64,000 bases of DNA, from NCBI GenBank assembly GCA_002729235.1, contig PBTY01000045.1:359-64358 (forward strand). Reading direction: 5' to 3'. Position 1 is the stretch's first letter; each line of letters opens with the position of its first letter. The notes under the pieces are model-generated. The model had not been told where the DNA came from and ran no database searches. It worked only from the letters and a program-made list of their open reading frames with translations. Below are positions 1 to 9,698 of this stretch, piece by piece. Position numbers and translations under genes: made by a program. This DNA is from Rickettsiales bacterium. GTDB taxonomy: Bacteria > Bacteroidota > Bacteroidia > Cytophagales > Cyclobacteriaceae.

Positions 1-233
1 TGTGCTTTTAAAAATTCACCTGCGAGTTTTAGTTCTCCTTTATGCTTAGAAGTTAAGTAGTCTTCCATTTTAAATTTCAAACCCATTAATTCTACAATTC
101 TTTTCTGTTTTAGAGTTTGATTTCTTACCCGATTTAAAATGATAGCTTGAAATTGATCAAACTCCTGTTTCCCAGAATCCATAGGTTCGGTAAAGACTCC
201 ACTTGATACTTCATTGTTTAGATCATTTTCCAT
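1..233 (-). CDS. Partial CDS (3' end cut by window edge); small hypothetical protein, possibly the start of an XRE-like helix-turn-helix regulator
   Basis: ATG at 231-233 (reverse strand), open to position 1. Translation is MENDLNNEVSSGVFTEPMDSGKQEFDQFQAIILNRVRNQTLKQKRIVELMGLKFKMEDYLTSKHKGELKLAGEFLKA... It starts 8 nt after the stop of ORF 242-733 on the same strand. It is absent from the ORF track because it is truncated. Confidence 0.4.
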   Translation of the reverse strand, partial: MENDLNNEVSSGVFTEPMDSGKQEFDQFQAIILNRVRNQTLKQKRIVELMGLKFKMEDYLTSKHKGELKLAGEFLKA

Positions 234-241
234 CTTAGTTA

Positions 242-733
242 CTATTTAGCTCTATTCAAGTATTCTGATATAAGTTCTAATCCACTCTCATCACTAATAA
301 ACATCCTTTGTCCTAATCCTTGTTCTGCTCTGTATTTCTTTTTATACCATTCAATGAGATTCGCTTTTGAAACAAAAGTCAAATAACCTTTATACTCACT
401 CTCCAACTTAAAACTTTCTCTACAGGCAAAGGCGATAAGGCAGCCCGCTACATAATCATATTTCTTATTTTCTCTTCCAATATTGTGAGGCGCAATCTCA
501 AGTACTTCCATAACCAACATTTCATTCTTGATTTTCAACTGCAACATTCCTTCAATACTTTCATCAACATCTTTCAATTTCAGAGTAAAAACTTCTGAAT
601 TATCTTCTTTTAGTAAGTTTTTCCAGTTGAAACTCCATCCATTTTTTTTCAATGGTACTTGACCGTCACTAGCTGGTACAATTTCAGCATCAACTAACTG
701 ATTATTATCTATATCAAGAATATGAACGAACAA
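242..733 (-). CDS. Hypothetical protein with a GNAT-like (acetyltransferase-fold) C-terminal pattern
   Basis: 163-aa ORF with a TTG start at 733. The segment MEVLEIAPHNIGRENKKYDYVAGCLIAFACRESFKLESEYKGYLTFVSKANLIEWYKKKY follows the beta4-alpha3-beta5-alpha4 spacing of GNAT folds, but there is no clean Q/RxxGxG/A motif. The region looks AT-rich by eye. Confidence 0.4.
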   Translation of the reverse strand: MFVHILDIDNNQLVDAEIVPASDGQVPLKKNGWSFNWKNLLKEDNSEVFTLKLKDVDESIEGMLQLKIKNEMLVMEVLEIAPHNIGRENKKYDYVAGCLIAFACRESFKLESEYKGYLTFVSKANLIEWYKKKYRAEQGLGQRMFISDESGLELISEYLNRAK

Positions 734-958
734 CCTGCATCTTTGATTTTAACGTTAAACATAGCAACAAGTTGTCAATATTGTATAATTATTTCCGCTT
801 TTATTATCAGAAAACGACACTAACTTTGGAGGTATGTTGGGCAACTATTATGTAACATGCACTAGTACTTGAATCTACCTTTTTCTAAAAAAAGTGCCAA
901 ACAAAAACCGGTAGATATCAACCAAAATACCACAAACCGGGTACAGGCACAGCCTCCT

Positions 959-3745
959 TTACAAAAGCTTCTCCAACTGTTTCTCGCTTATCGCTTGCTG
1001 TGGGTCAAAGGCTTCAGACTGCATGTAGTTCACAATGGATCGGTACAGGTAATTGGCTTCTGGTTCGTGTAGTAAGCCTTGTAGCTGAGCGGTGCAGACG
1101 AGGAGTTTGCCGGGGCCAACTTTGAACTCAAAGATCATCCCCAGCTTGTGGTTACGCTCCAGGTTATCGATCACTTGCACCAGCGGTTGGTAGTTGGCTG
1201 GTGTGTCATCCAGGACCAGAGAACGGCTGTTTTTGATGATGGAATACCACTGCCAGTTGGTATGAAGGTCTGTTGGGAAATCAGCAAAGATCGGATGCAC
1301 TGGATCGAGTAGTAATCCCAAAGTCCCGGGAGAAACGGGTTTCTTCACCCATTCGCTAATTCCTTTGAACATGCCATAGTTCCAAAACTCTGGTGGGAAG
1401 TGCCCGGCAAAGCTTTTGTCTTTGATATCTTCCGTTTTTGGGAAGAGCAGGACACTGGCACCATTGGTTAGTTGATCCAGGATATCGGTGCTCAAGCTGT
1501 TTGCAACAATGATGTCCTCCACAGGTGGAAGATCCGCTGCTGGATACACCCAGATCGGGTAGGAGTTGGAAAAATCCGTTCCTTCCAGTTGAATTTCTAA
1601 AGTCAGTTTCTGAGCCTGATCAACGGATGCTAAATCAAAGATGATTTCTCCAAGGTAGGTTAAGCCACCATTGCTTATGCTTGGTGAATCAAACGATCCA
1701 TTGACAAGAGACTTTTCCGCTTCATCACTCAAACTCCAGCCCACGGATTGTTCCAGCCTTTTATTGGAATAATTAGCAATGACCATCTTAGCTGAAAATG
1801 TCTCCAGATTGGACCAGGTGTATTTGGGAAACTCTGCGAGCAGCACCACATCGTTGCAGGATTGCTTCCATACTTCTGGTGTCACCACACCTTTGCTATC
1901 CATAAAGGCATCGAGTATACCTACCAAAGCCGTTCCCTGTCCGGGGAAGTCTTGTAAGTCGAGCAGTTGAAAACCGGCCATTCCTTTCGTGCGGATAGCT
2001 GCTTCCATTTCGGCCTTGTAGCACAATGCTGACCAGGCGCCGGAAGCTTGTTGAAACGCACTGTCCAGATCTTCCATTCCTTTAGCCTGCAGTCGTTGTT
2101 GGAAGACTTCCAGGTTCCATGGTTTCAGGTTTCCTGTGTATTTAGCGATCTCGTCATAGTTGGGATAGATTTGGTATTGCCCGATCTCATGACTCACAAT
2201 CGGCAAATCCATGTGTGCGACGGCATAGTCAAAGTTGATTTGAGTAGAAGGTTTGAGCGTGTTGAGCGCTCCGCCATGGTACGCATCGGCAAAAGCATGA
2301 GTCAGTCGGGTGTGACCTGTAATCGTATCTCCTCTGTCAGGAATTCTCGCTCCAACGAAGAACTCTGCATAGGGCTGTGGCCTCATATAGCCAATGTTGT
2401 TGTTGGAACCCATGGTGTAGAGTGGACGATCGTCATGTGCTTTCAGTGCCTCCATATTTTCCTGTACCTTGTCGTGTCCACCCCAGATTTCATTACCAGG
2501 AGAGAATAGCACGAAGGAAGGATGATTGGCATAGGCTTTCAGTAATCCATACCCTTCTTCTCGCAGCATCAGCGCTGTGGTGTCATTATCCAGTCCTCCC
2601 CAAAACGGTAACTCAGTCTGCAAGTAGATGCCTTCTTCGTCTGCAGCAGCAAAAGCCGCTTCTGGAGGTGTGTAGGAATGAAAACGATAGTGGTTGATGC
2701 CATAGTTTTTGGCTATGCGGAATATGGGGAGCCATTCTACTTTATCGGTCGGTGCATAACCTGTCAATGGGAATACCGCCGACTCGTGTTTTCCACGAAG
2801 GAAGGTGGTTCGTCCATTGATCTGAAATTGTGTTCCTTCTACGGCGAATTCCCGCATTCCGAAGGTGGTGCTTTGCGCATCTTTGAAGTTTTCTCCTGAG
2901 ATGAGGGCGGTCACTTCATACAAAGGCTGCTCGTATTCGTCCCAGAGCGCTACTTCCTCAAAATCGTAAGTGATGGATAGTTTCTTATCCAAGGAGCCTG
3001 TGTACGTTTTAGAAGGAAGTGAAGTGGGTTTTCCATCTTGAATTTTGGTAAGTTGTAGTTCTACCGTGCCATTCAAGCCATTCTGAATCTCCAACTCAAT
3101 GACTGCCTGCGAATTTTGAATATCTGGAAATACCTGCAAGTTGGAGAGGTAAGTTTTGTCTGAAGCCTCTACATATAATTGACCGAGAATTCCATTCCAA
3201 TTGGTTTGCGTGTCGTCGGAGTAGATGTGCACATTGCCATAAGGTGTTAGTTTCAGGTCGTTATTGATCAAAACGGATAGTGTATGTGCTCCTGGAGTCA
3301 GGACTTGAGATAGGTCAAAGGATTGTGGCGATTGCAAGAGCATGGACTCACCCACTAGTTGACCATCTACCCAAACTTTGCTGGGTTTCGTGCGCTCAAA
3401 GTACAACTCCAGATGCTTGCCAGCGAAACTTTCAGGAATGGTCACTTCCTTTTGATACCACGCTGCACCTGCATAGGTGTATTGTCTATTGAGGTGCATG
3501 GTCGTTGTGTCGGTATTTAGAAATCCTTTCTGATTCGAGTCCGTGGTTCCAGGCAGCTCGATTTGATCATTCAAATCGGTTGAAAACCAGGCATTCGTTT
3601 CTCCAACCAATCCTGTATCTAGCTGAAAAGCCCAGGTACCAGATAGATCGATTCGCTCTCGTACGGGATGGTCTTTTTTACCATCACATGACCAGATCAG
3701 ACCAATAAAAAGTGTAGCGAGGAGGAGGTTGGAGTTTAATTTCAT
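959..3745 (-). CDS. Glycoside hydrolase family 2-like enzyme, large (~928 aa) lipoprotein-type
   Basis: Track ORF is 959-3832. I prefer the ATG at 3745 because it gives MKLNSNLLLATLFIGLIWSCDG (signal plus lipobox Cys) and forms an ATGA overlap with the stop of 3742-5232. GH2-like sugar-binding region WYQKEVTIPESFAGKHLELYFERT...VWVDGQLVG. TIM-barrel motifs NHYRFHSYTPPE, PGNEIWGG (NE acid/base) and SHEIGQY. Confidence 0.8.
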   Translation of the reverse strand: MKLNSNLLLATLFIGLIWSCDGKKDHPVRERIDLSGTWAFQLDTGLVGETNAWFSTDLNDQIELPGTTDSNQKGFLNTDTTTMHLNRQYTYAGAAWYQKEVTIPESFAGKHLELYFERTKPSKVWVDGQLVGESMLLQSPQSFDLSQVLTPGAHTLSVLINNDLKLTPYGNVHIYSDDTQTNWNGILGQLYVEASDKTYLSNLQVFPDIQNSQAVIELEIQNGLNGTVELQLTKIQDGKPTSLPSKTYTGSLDKKLSITYDFEEVALWDEYEQPLYEVTALISGENFKDAQSTTFGMREFAVEGTQFQINGRTTFLRGKHESAVFPLTGYAPTDKVEWLPIFRIAKNYGINHYRFHSYTPPEAAFAAADEEGIYLQTELPFWGGLDNDTTALMLREEGYGLLKAYANHPSFVLFSPGNEIWGGHDKVQENMEALKAHDDRPLYTMGSNNNIGYMRPQPYAEFFVGARIPDRGDTITGHTRLTHAFADAYHGGALNTLKPSTQINFDYAVAHMDLPIVSHEIGQYQIYPNYDEIAKYTGNLKPWNLEVFQQRLQAKGMEDLDSAFQQASGAWSALCYKAEMEAAIRTKGMAGFQLLDLQDFPGQGTALVGILDAFMDSKGVVTPEVWKQSCNDVVLLAEFPKYTWSNLETFSAKMVIANYSNKRLEQSVGWSLSDEAEKSLVNGSFDSPSISNGGLTYLGEIIFDLASVDQAQKLTLEIQLEGTDFSNSYPIWVYPAADLPPVEDIIVANSLSTDILDQLTNGASVLLFPKTEDIKDKSFAGHFPPEFWNYGMFKGISEWVKKPVSPGTLGLLLDPVHPIFADFPTDLHTNWQWYSIIKNSRSLVLDDTPANYQPLVQVIDNLERNHKLGMIFEFKVGPGKLLVCTAQLQGLLHEPEANYLYRSIVNYMQSEAFDPQQAISEKQLEKLL

Positions 3746-5232
3746 TGTAGTGTGATTTTCAATACAACTGCAGTAGTGCTTGGTGCAGATGAAGGGGTAG
3801 TATAGGTTAATCCATTTTCGGAAGTTGTCCATTCGATGGTTTCGTCACTTCCCAGCATTTTGATGGATTCAATTTGTTTACCATTCAGGTTTTGTTCGTT
3901 GACAGAAGCAATGGTTTGCTCAACAGAATCTCCCGGCCAGCCCATAACTATAGCATACAGCACGTCACCTTTTGTTGTAAATCGGATGTCATTCGGCGTG
4001 TAGGCTTTCCACTCGAGGAAATGGCCAGATTCACCGAGTACGGTTGGTCCTTCTCCATATACGGTCCATGTTCTTGTATCGTAGATGGCTTCACCAAATT
4101 GGTTGAGCCAATCACCAATCTCAAGGAGAGCTTCTTGCTGTTTTTGAGGGATTACTCCATTCGCTTTCGGTGAAATGTTAAGCATCAGCACGCCATTTTT
4201 GCTCACAATATCAATCAATACCTGGATGATTTCACTGGCAGGTTTTACTTCCAGCGTTTCGGTGTAGCTCCAGCTGCCATGAGCGATGGTCTCATCGGTT
4301 AGCCAGAAGTAGTCCGTTTTTTCATCCATTCGGCCTTTTTCCAGATCCATCAAACTCACTTCTTTTGGTAATTCACCATTCTTATGAGTAATGACCACTT
4401 CTTTATTGTTTGCTGCAGCATGATTCAAATAATACGTCGCAAAAGCTAATTTGAGGGAATCCGGCAGCTTACCAAGCTCTCCATCGAAGTAGATCAGATC
4501 TGGGCTGTAGTTGTCGATGACCTCTTTCAACTTCCCAATCCAGTTTTCGTAGAACTGCTCTCTCGGGATGTTCCCATAAAGAATGCGAATCAATGAATCA
4601 GTTGAGGAAGTCGGCATGTTCGGATTGTAGGGGAAATACGATTTGTCATTGAGCCAGTTGGCCGAATCGTTCTGGAAGATTTGAAGATTCCTTGCCATGT
4701 GGAAAGTGGTCACGAATTTTAGATCACGCGCTTTGATAGCCTTTTCTAATTCTCCAACAAGGTCTCTGTGTGGTCCCATGTCCATGGCATTCCACGGATT
4801 GATCTCACTGTCCCAATTGGACCAACCGTCATGATGCTCTGCCACTACCCCAGAGAAGCGTGCTCCAGATTTCACAAACAGGTCAGCCCAGTTTTCGGCA
4901 TTGAAGCTGTCCGTCTGGAACAAGGGCACAAAATCATGATACCCAAATTCGGATGGGTGTCCGTAGGTCTCCACATGTTGTCTATAGTCGTCACTACCTT
5001 CTATATGCAATCCACGTGGATGCCAGTCATTGGCGTAAGCCGGAACCGACAAAAGCCCCCAGTGATAGTAGATTCCAAACTTCGCATTTCTAAACCAATC
5101 AGGTGCCTCTTCATAGGAAGCTAGTGAATCCCAGTTTTCAACGTAAACTTGAGTTTCTGCCTGGGATTTCTTTTCTTGACATGCAGTTAGAATTGCTAGG
5201 AATATAGCAATAAATAGAAGTTGCTTTTTCAT
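3742..5232 (-). CDS. alpha-L-fucosidase, GH29
   Basis: 496 aa. MKKQLLFIAIFLAILTAC is a lipoprotein signal. GH29-type motifs are FGIYYHWGLLSVPAY, GARFSGVVAEHHDGWSNWDS and DLIYFDGELG. Confidence 0.85.
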   Translation of the reverse strand: MKKQLLFIAIFLAILTACQEKKSQAETQVYVENWDSLASYEEAPDWFRNAKFGIYYHWGLLSVPAYANDWHPRGLHIEGSDDYRQHVETYGHPSEFGYHDFVPLFQTDSFNAENWADLFVKSGARFSGVVAEHHDGWSNWDSEINPWNAMDMGPHRDLVGELEKAIKARDLKFVTTFHMARNLQIFQNDSANWLNDKSYFPYNPNMPTSSTDSLIRILYGNIPREQFYENWIGKLKEVIDNYSPDLIYFDGELGKLPDSLKLAFATYYLNHAAANNKEVVITHKNGELPKEVSLMDLEKGRMDEKTDYFWLTDETIAHGSWSYTETLEVKPASEIIQVLIDIVSKNGVLMLNISPKANGVIPQKQQEALLEIGDWLNQFGEAIYDTRTWTVYGEGPTVLGESGHFLEWKAYTPNDIRFTTKGDVLYAIVMGWPGDSVEQTIASVNEQNLNGKQIESIKMLGSDETIEWTTSENGLTYTTPSSAPSTTAVVLKITLQ

Positions 5233-5261
5233 ATCGATGGGTTAAGGAATGCAAGATATGG

Positions 5262-5307
5262 TTACCCCTAAATTAATGTGTAGAATCATTGATTCGTAAA
5301 GGGGTAA
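5262..5307. promoter_or_regulatory. Perfect 8-bp inverted repeat TTACCCCT-N30-AGGGGTAA in the divergent control region between the GH29 gene and the HTCS gene
   Basis: Read directly: TTACCCCT at 5262-5269 and AGGGGTAA at 5300-5307. It lies between start codons at 5232 (-) and 5400 (+). Confidence 0.35.
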
Positions 5308-5399
5308 GTAATGTCATATCTTAAAAATATTTAATTTTTTATCTATTAATTGTATCTAAATAGTAATTGAGCTCGAATCCAACTGGAGAGTTTAGAAGT

Positions 5400-8300
5400 A
5401 TGACAAACGTTGATCTAAAGATTTCTATGAGTCTGATTTTTCTATTTCTGACATTCTTTACCCAGGGTCAGGTGATAGGAGATGTCAAGTTTGAGGAGCT
5501 GACCATACGCCAGGGGCTATCGAATGACCAGGTCAATTTTGTGTTTGAAGATCAGGAAGGTTTCATTTGGATCAGCACTCTGTCAGGATTGAATAGGTAT
5601 GATGGCTATGAGGTCAAGACCTTCTATCATGATGGAAAAGATACTACCAGCCTGGCGAGCAATACCACACTGTGGATGAGCTATGGTCCAGATGGTAAGC
5701 TTTGGGTGAAAAATGCCAGTGGAATCAATACGTATGATCCGGCCACTGAGCAATTTTCCTATCCACAGTACTATTATGAGTTGTTGCAGACTGAGCCAGC
5801 TTACATCACGCAAATGGTCATGGATCCATATGGCACCTGCTGGTTCAATATTGAAAACAGAGGGTTGGTGGCTGTGGATAGTATCAATCAGGTATTTGAG
5901 GCTAATTCAAGTGAGGACGCAAAGATTCATTTATCATCTTCATCCGTTTCTCACATTACTTTGGGCAAGTCTGGCAATTTGTGGTTGAGTCATGAATCAG
6001 GACTTATTGAAGTGATCAATCCTGTTTCGAACAAAGTAATTCGAAAATATGGTTTTCCGGAGGAGCTGTCTAAAACGGAAAACTATTGGAAGTTTACTGT
6101 AGATGGAGATCAGGATGTATGGGCTTATACTTCCACCAATCCATGTGGGGTATTTTACCTGAATACCAAGACCGGACAATCTAAAATCTACAACACCCCT
6201 GAGATCAAAAGTAACCTGGTGACAGGAGTGATTCAAACCAATGACGGAAAGATATGGATTGGGGCAGATCATGGAGGTATTGCCATTCTCAACAAAGTAA
6301 CAGGTGAAATACAGCCAGTGCTCAACGATCCAGATGACCCACAATCCCTGGTCAATAACAATGTCAACAATCTGTTTCTGGATTCTAATGGTGGAATCTG
6401 GGTGGCGACGATCAAAAGTGGAGTCAGTTACTACCATCCTTCCTCCAGTCGATTCAGACATGTGAAATACGATAAGAAAATTTCCGCATACAATGACATG
6501 AGTTCCTTTGCAGAAGATGGAAGCGGGAACCTCTGGATAGGAACCAATGGTCAAGGATTGCTCAAATACAATTTACGAGAAAGAGCATTCAAACCTCTGA
6601 GTTCACAAGTGTCTGCTAATCAACCCAATGTGGTGGTTAGCCTTTTGAATGATTCTCAGGGTAATATTTGGGTTGGAACATATCTGAAAGGACTTCATGT
6701 TCTCAAAGATGGTCGACTGAAGCCTTTTGCTTTGAACGAACACAGTGCAGCAATGAGTATTTGGGAGCTGTATGAAGATTCCAATGGAATGATTTGGATA
6801 GGTACCATCAATAATGGAGTATATCGGTACAATCCAAACGATCAGTCGGTATTTCAGATCAGCATGAGCAATGGGTTGATGGCCAATTACGTGACTTGCA
6901 TCGAGGAGGATGATTTAGGGAATATTTGGTTAGGAACCGGCAATGGGTTGACCCGTTTTAATCCACGGAATGAGGAGTTGTTTACCCTGTTTGAAAGTAC
7001 TTCGGACCTTACGAACAATTCGATTATCTCGCTAAAGCCGCAAGGCAATTATTTGTGGATCGGGACATTAGATGGTCTCAACCAATTGGACCTGAACACT
7101 ATGGAGATCGAAGTTTATCGAAAGTCTGAAGGGCTGTCTTCCAATATTGTGATGTCGATTGAAGAGGATCGTTTGGGTAATATGTGGTTGGGTACGGATC
7201 ATGGCATTACCAAGGTGATGACCAGACCAGAAGGAGGTTACCAGTTTCACACCTTTGATCAGTCGGATGGATTGCAGGCCGAAAACTTTACAGAAGATGC
7301 AAGCTATGAGACTTCAGAGGGTCAGCTGATTTTTGCCGGACAAAATGGATTCAATATTTTCCAGCCACAAGACATTTCCATTGAACAGATGCCACCTAGA
7401 ATTTTGCTTACTGGAGTTTCTATAAACAATCAGCCTTTGGAGGCAGGAGCAGATTTCAATGGACGAGTTATTTTAAAGCAGGTTATCTGGGATACTAAGC
7501 ACCTCGAACTGAAGCATGATGAAAACTCTTTGTCATTCGAGTACCTGGCGCTTTCCTTTTTTCAATCTGGCAAGTTGCGTTACCAGTACCAGTTGGAGGA
7601 ATTTGATCAGGACTGGATGAACGCGCCCATGGATCTAAGGAAGGTCAATTATGCCAATTTGGATTATGGTGACTACACGTTCAAAGTTCGTGCATCTTCT
7701 GGAACCAATTCCTGGACAGAGCCAATACATATATCCATTCATATCAGTCCACCTTTCTGGGAAACTCCACTGGCTTTTGCCACCTATTTGATATTAGTAG
7801 TTCTCATTTTATCTGCTACCAGGTCATATATTGTTCACCGTGAGCGCTTGAAAGCCAGTATTGAAAACGAACGAAAAGAAACGGAGCGTCAGCATCAGTT
7901 GGACATGATGAAAATCAAGTTTTTCACGAATATCAGTCACGAATTTCGAACGCCACTTTCACTGATCTTGACTCCAATTGAGCGAATGATCAATCGACCT
8001 GAGCAGATCCAGCAGCGGGAATTAATGATGGTTCAGCGCAATGCCAAACGTTTGATGACACTAGTGAATCAATTGCTGGATTTCAGAAAGATGGAGGCCA
8101 ATCAGCATACCTTAAGTCAATCCAGCGGGGATATCATATCCTTTTTGCAGGATGTGATTGATTCGTTTTCTGATTGGTCCAAGGAAAAGGACATCCCTGT
8201 GGTTTTCAATAGTGAGTTGAAAAGCTACTACACGTTTTTTGATAAAGACAAGATGGAGAAGATCATGTTCAACCTGCTCTCCAATGCCTTTAAGTTTACC

Positions 8301-9470
8301 ATGTCTGGAGGTAAGATTACCGTTGATTTTGAGCTACAGAAATCTGAGGGTGGACCGCATGCACTCATTGCTGTTTCCGATACAGGTATTGGTATTCCAA
8401 ATGAAAAGTTGGATTTGATTTTTAATCGATTTTTCCAAAATGAGATTTCACCGGACATCATCAATAATGGAACTGGTATTGGACTGTCTATCACCAAGGA
8501 ATTTGTGGAACTGCACAAAGGAAAAATTTCGGTGGATAGCAAGGAAAATATGGGGACCACCTTTACAATTGATCTTCCTTTGAAAGAGATTAATTCCGAG
8601 GAGGACCTGGCAGATGAACTGGTTAAAGAATTGGCTGAATCCTTTACCAAGAAAGAAGTTGAGGCTCCTGCAGATCGAGAAAATCTACCAACCGTACTAT
8701 TAGTAGAGGATAATTTTGATTTTCGTTTTTATCTCAAAGACAATCTGAAGCAGCATTACAACATTCAGGTAGCGTCAAATGGCAAAGAGGCATGGAAATC
8801 CATTCTTAATCGAACTCCAGACATTGTGATCACTGATGTGATGATGCCGGTGATGGATGGTTTGGAGCTTTGTGAAAAAATCAAGTCCGATCCGCGCACG
8901 CTTCAGATTCCTGTCATTATGCTGACGGCACAAAGTTCCGATCGTCACCGCATTCAGGGATTAGAAGCCGGGGCTATCGAATACATTTCCAAGCCTTTCA
9001 ACTTTGAGATTCTGCTCAGCAGTATTAATAGTGCATTGAAATTTCAAAAACGTGTACAGGAATCTGGCAATCGGGTTGACCCAACTCCGAAAGAAGCTGA
9101 AGTAGTCTCATTAGATGATCAGCTAATTGCTAAGGCCGTTTTACTGGTAGAAGAAAATATGTCTAATTCGGAGTTTTCTGTGGAAGATCTAAGTCACGAA
9201 TTGGGTTATAGCCGTGGGCATTTCTACCAAAAGATTTTGCGATTGACGGGTCAAACTCCGATTGATTTCATCCGAAATCTTCGGATGAAGCGTGCAGCGG
9301 ACTTACTACAGAGGAGTCAACTGAATGTTTCCGAGGTTGCCTACAAAGTGGGTTACAACAACCCGAAATTGTTCAGTCGTTATTTCAAATCGATCTATAA
9401 TGCCTATCCTTCTGAGTTTAGAGCCAGTTCAGAAAATACAAAAAGGGAAAACGAACAAAAATTAGACTAG
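5400..9470 (+). CDS. Hybrid two-component system sensor kinase/response regulator with AraC-type HTH (HTCS)
   Basis: Track ORF 5367-9470 starts at TTG. The ATG at 5400 gives MTNVDLKISMSLIFLFLTFFTQG. Many propeller-type repeats (..G.IW(I/V)GT..G(L/V)..(Y/F)..). TM segment LAFATYLILVVLILSA. H-box FFTNISHEFRTPL. ATPase motifs DTGIGIP and GTGIGLSI. Receiver domain LLVEDN...DVMMPVMDG...SKPF. AraC tail ...VAYKVGYNNPKLFSRYFK. Confidence 0.9.
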   Translation: MTNVDLKISMSLIFLFLTFFTQGQVIGDVKFEELTIRQGLSNDQVNFVFEDQEGFIWISTLSGLNRYDGYEVKTFYHDGKDTTSLASNTTLWMSYGPDGKLWVKNASGINTYDPATEQFSYPQYYYELLQTEPAYITQMVMDPYGTCWFNIENRGLVAVDSINQVFEANSSEDAKIHLSSSSVSHITLGKSGNLWLSHESGLIEVINPVSNKVIRKYGFPEELSKTENYWKFTVDGDQDVWAYTSTNPCGVFYLNTKTGQSKIYNTPEIKSNLVTGVIQTNDGKIWIGADHGGIAILNKVTGEIQPVLNDPDDPQSLVNNNVNNLFLDSNGGIWVATIKSGVSYYHPSSSRFRHVKYDKKISAYNDMSSFAEDGSGNLWIGTNGQGLLKYNLRERAFKPLSSQVSANQPNVVVSLLNDSQGNIWVGTYLKGLHVLKDGRLKPFALNEHSAAMSIWELYEDSNGMIWIGTINNGVYRYNPNDQSVFQISMSNGLMANYVTCIEEDDLGNIWLGTGNGLTRFNPRNEELFTLFESTSDLTNNSIISLKPQGNYLWIGTLDGLNQLDLNTMEIEVYRKSEGLSSNIVMSIEEDRLGNMWLGTDHGITKVMTRPEGGYQFHTFDQSDGLQAENFTEDASYETSEGQLIFAGQNGFNIFQPQDISIEQMPPRILLTGVSINNQPLEAGADFNGRVILKQVIWDTKHLELKHDENSLSFEYLALSFFQSGKLRYQYQLEEFDQDWMNAPMDLRKVNYANLDYGDYTFKVRASSGTNSWTEPIHISIHISPPFWETPLAFATYLILVVLILSATRSYIVHRERLKASIENERKETERQHQLDMMKIKFFTNISHEFRTPLSLILTPIERMINRPEQIQQRELMMVQRNAKRLMTLVNQLLDFRKMEANQHTLSQSSGDIISFLQDVIDSFSDWSKEKDIPVVFNSELKSYYTFFDKDKMEKIMFNLLSNAFKFTMSGGKITVDFELQKSEGGPHALIAVSDTGIGIPNEKLDLIFNRFFQNEISPDIINNGTGIGLSITKEFVELHKGKISVDSKENMGTTFTIDLPLKEINSEEDLADELVKELAESFTKKEVEAPADRENLPTVLLVEDNFDFRFYLKDNLKQHYNIQVASNGKEAWKSILNRTPDIVITDVMMPVMDGLELCEKIKSDPRTLQIPVIMLTAQSSDRHRIQGLEAGAIEYISKPFNFEILLSSINSALKFQKRVQESGNRVDPTPKEAEVVSLDDQLIAKAVLLVEENMSNSEFSVEDLSHELGYSRGHFYQKILRLTGQTPIDFIRNLRMKRAADLLQRSQLNVSEVAYKVGYNNPKLFSRYFKSIYNAYPSEFRASSENTKRENEQKLD

Positions 9471-9503
9471 AATAAGTAAGGTTCGTACAAATTTTACCTT
9501 AAA

Positions 9504-9539
9504 AAGTGCCTTTAGATCCTCTGAAGGCACTTTTTTTTC
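9504..9539 (+). terminator. Rho-independent terminator after the HTCS gene
   Basis: AAGTGCCTT (9504-9512), an 11-nt loop, AAGGCACTT (9524-9532), then a run of T to 9539. Confidence 0.6.
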
Positions 9540-9698
9540 ACCCTGACATTTTTATACCCTATTCAGACGAAAACTTCACCACACTCGAATTGGATTGCTG
9601 GTAAAATTGAAAATCATTTAATGTCTTCGCTTTACTGAGGATGTTAATTGTGAATCAATCAAACAATAGCACCAAATTATGATAAAAATTCAAAAAGT

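Noticed and set aside
2048-2509. Plus-strand ORFs inside the GH2-like gene (1779-1970, 2048-2509, 2377-2697, 2678-2899, 3280-3492, 3505-3708). Similar antisense ORFs occur inside the HTCS, SusC, GH31 (e.g. 21555-21965, 21652-22044), TamB and S8 protease genes.
   Set aside because: They lie antisense to, or out of frame within, long ORFs that carry clear family motifs. Their translations are low-complexity, Cys/Arg/Ser-rich and motif-free. They are best explained as shadow ORFs.
5367-5399. N-terminal extensions in the ORF track that begin at TTG or an upstream Met (e.g. 5367, 3832, 12829, 27408, 27760, 28368, 46840, 53001, 54988, 62528).
   Set aside because: In each case an internal ATG gives a canonical signal peptide or lipobox, or matches the known family N-terminus. 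It often also creates an ATGA-type coupling with the neighbouring gene. The extensions add no recognisable sequence.
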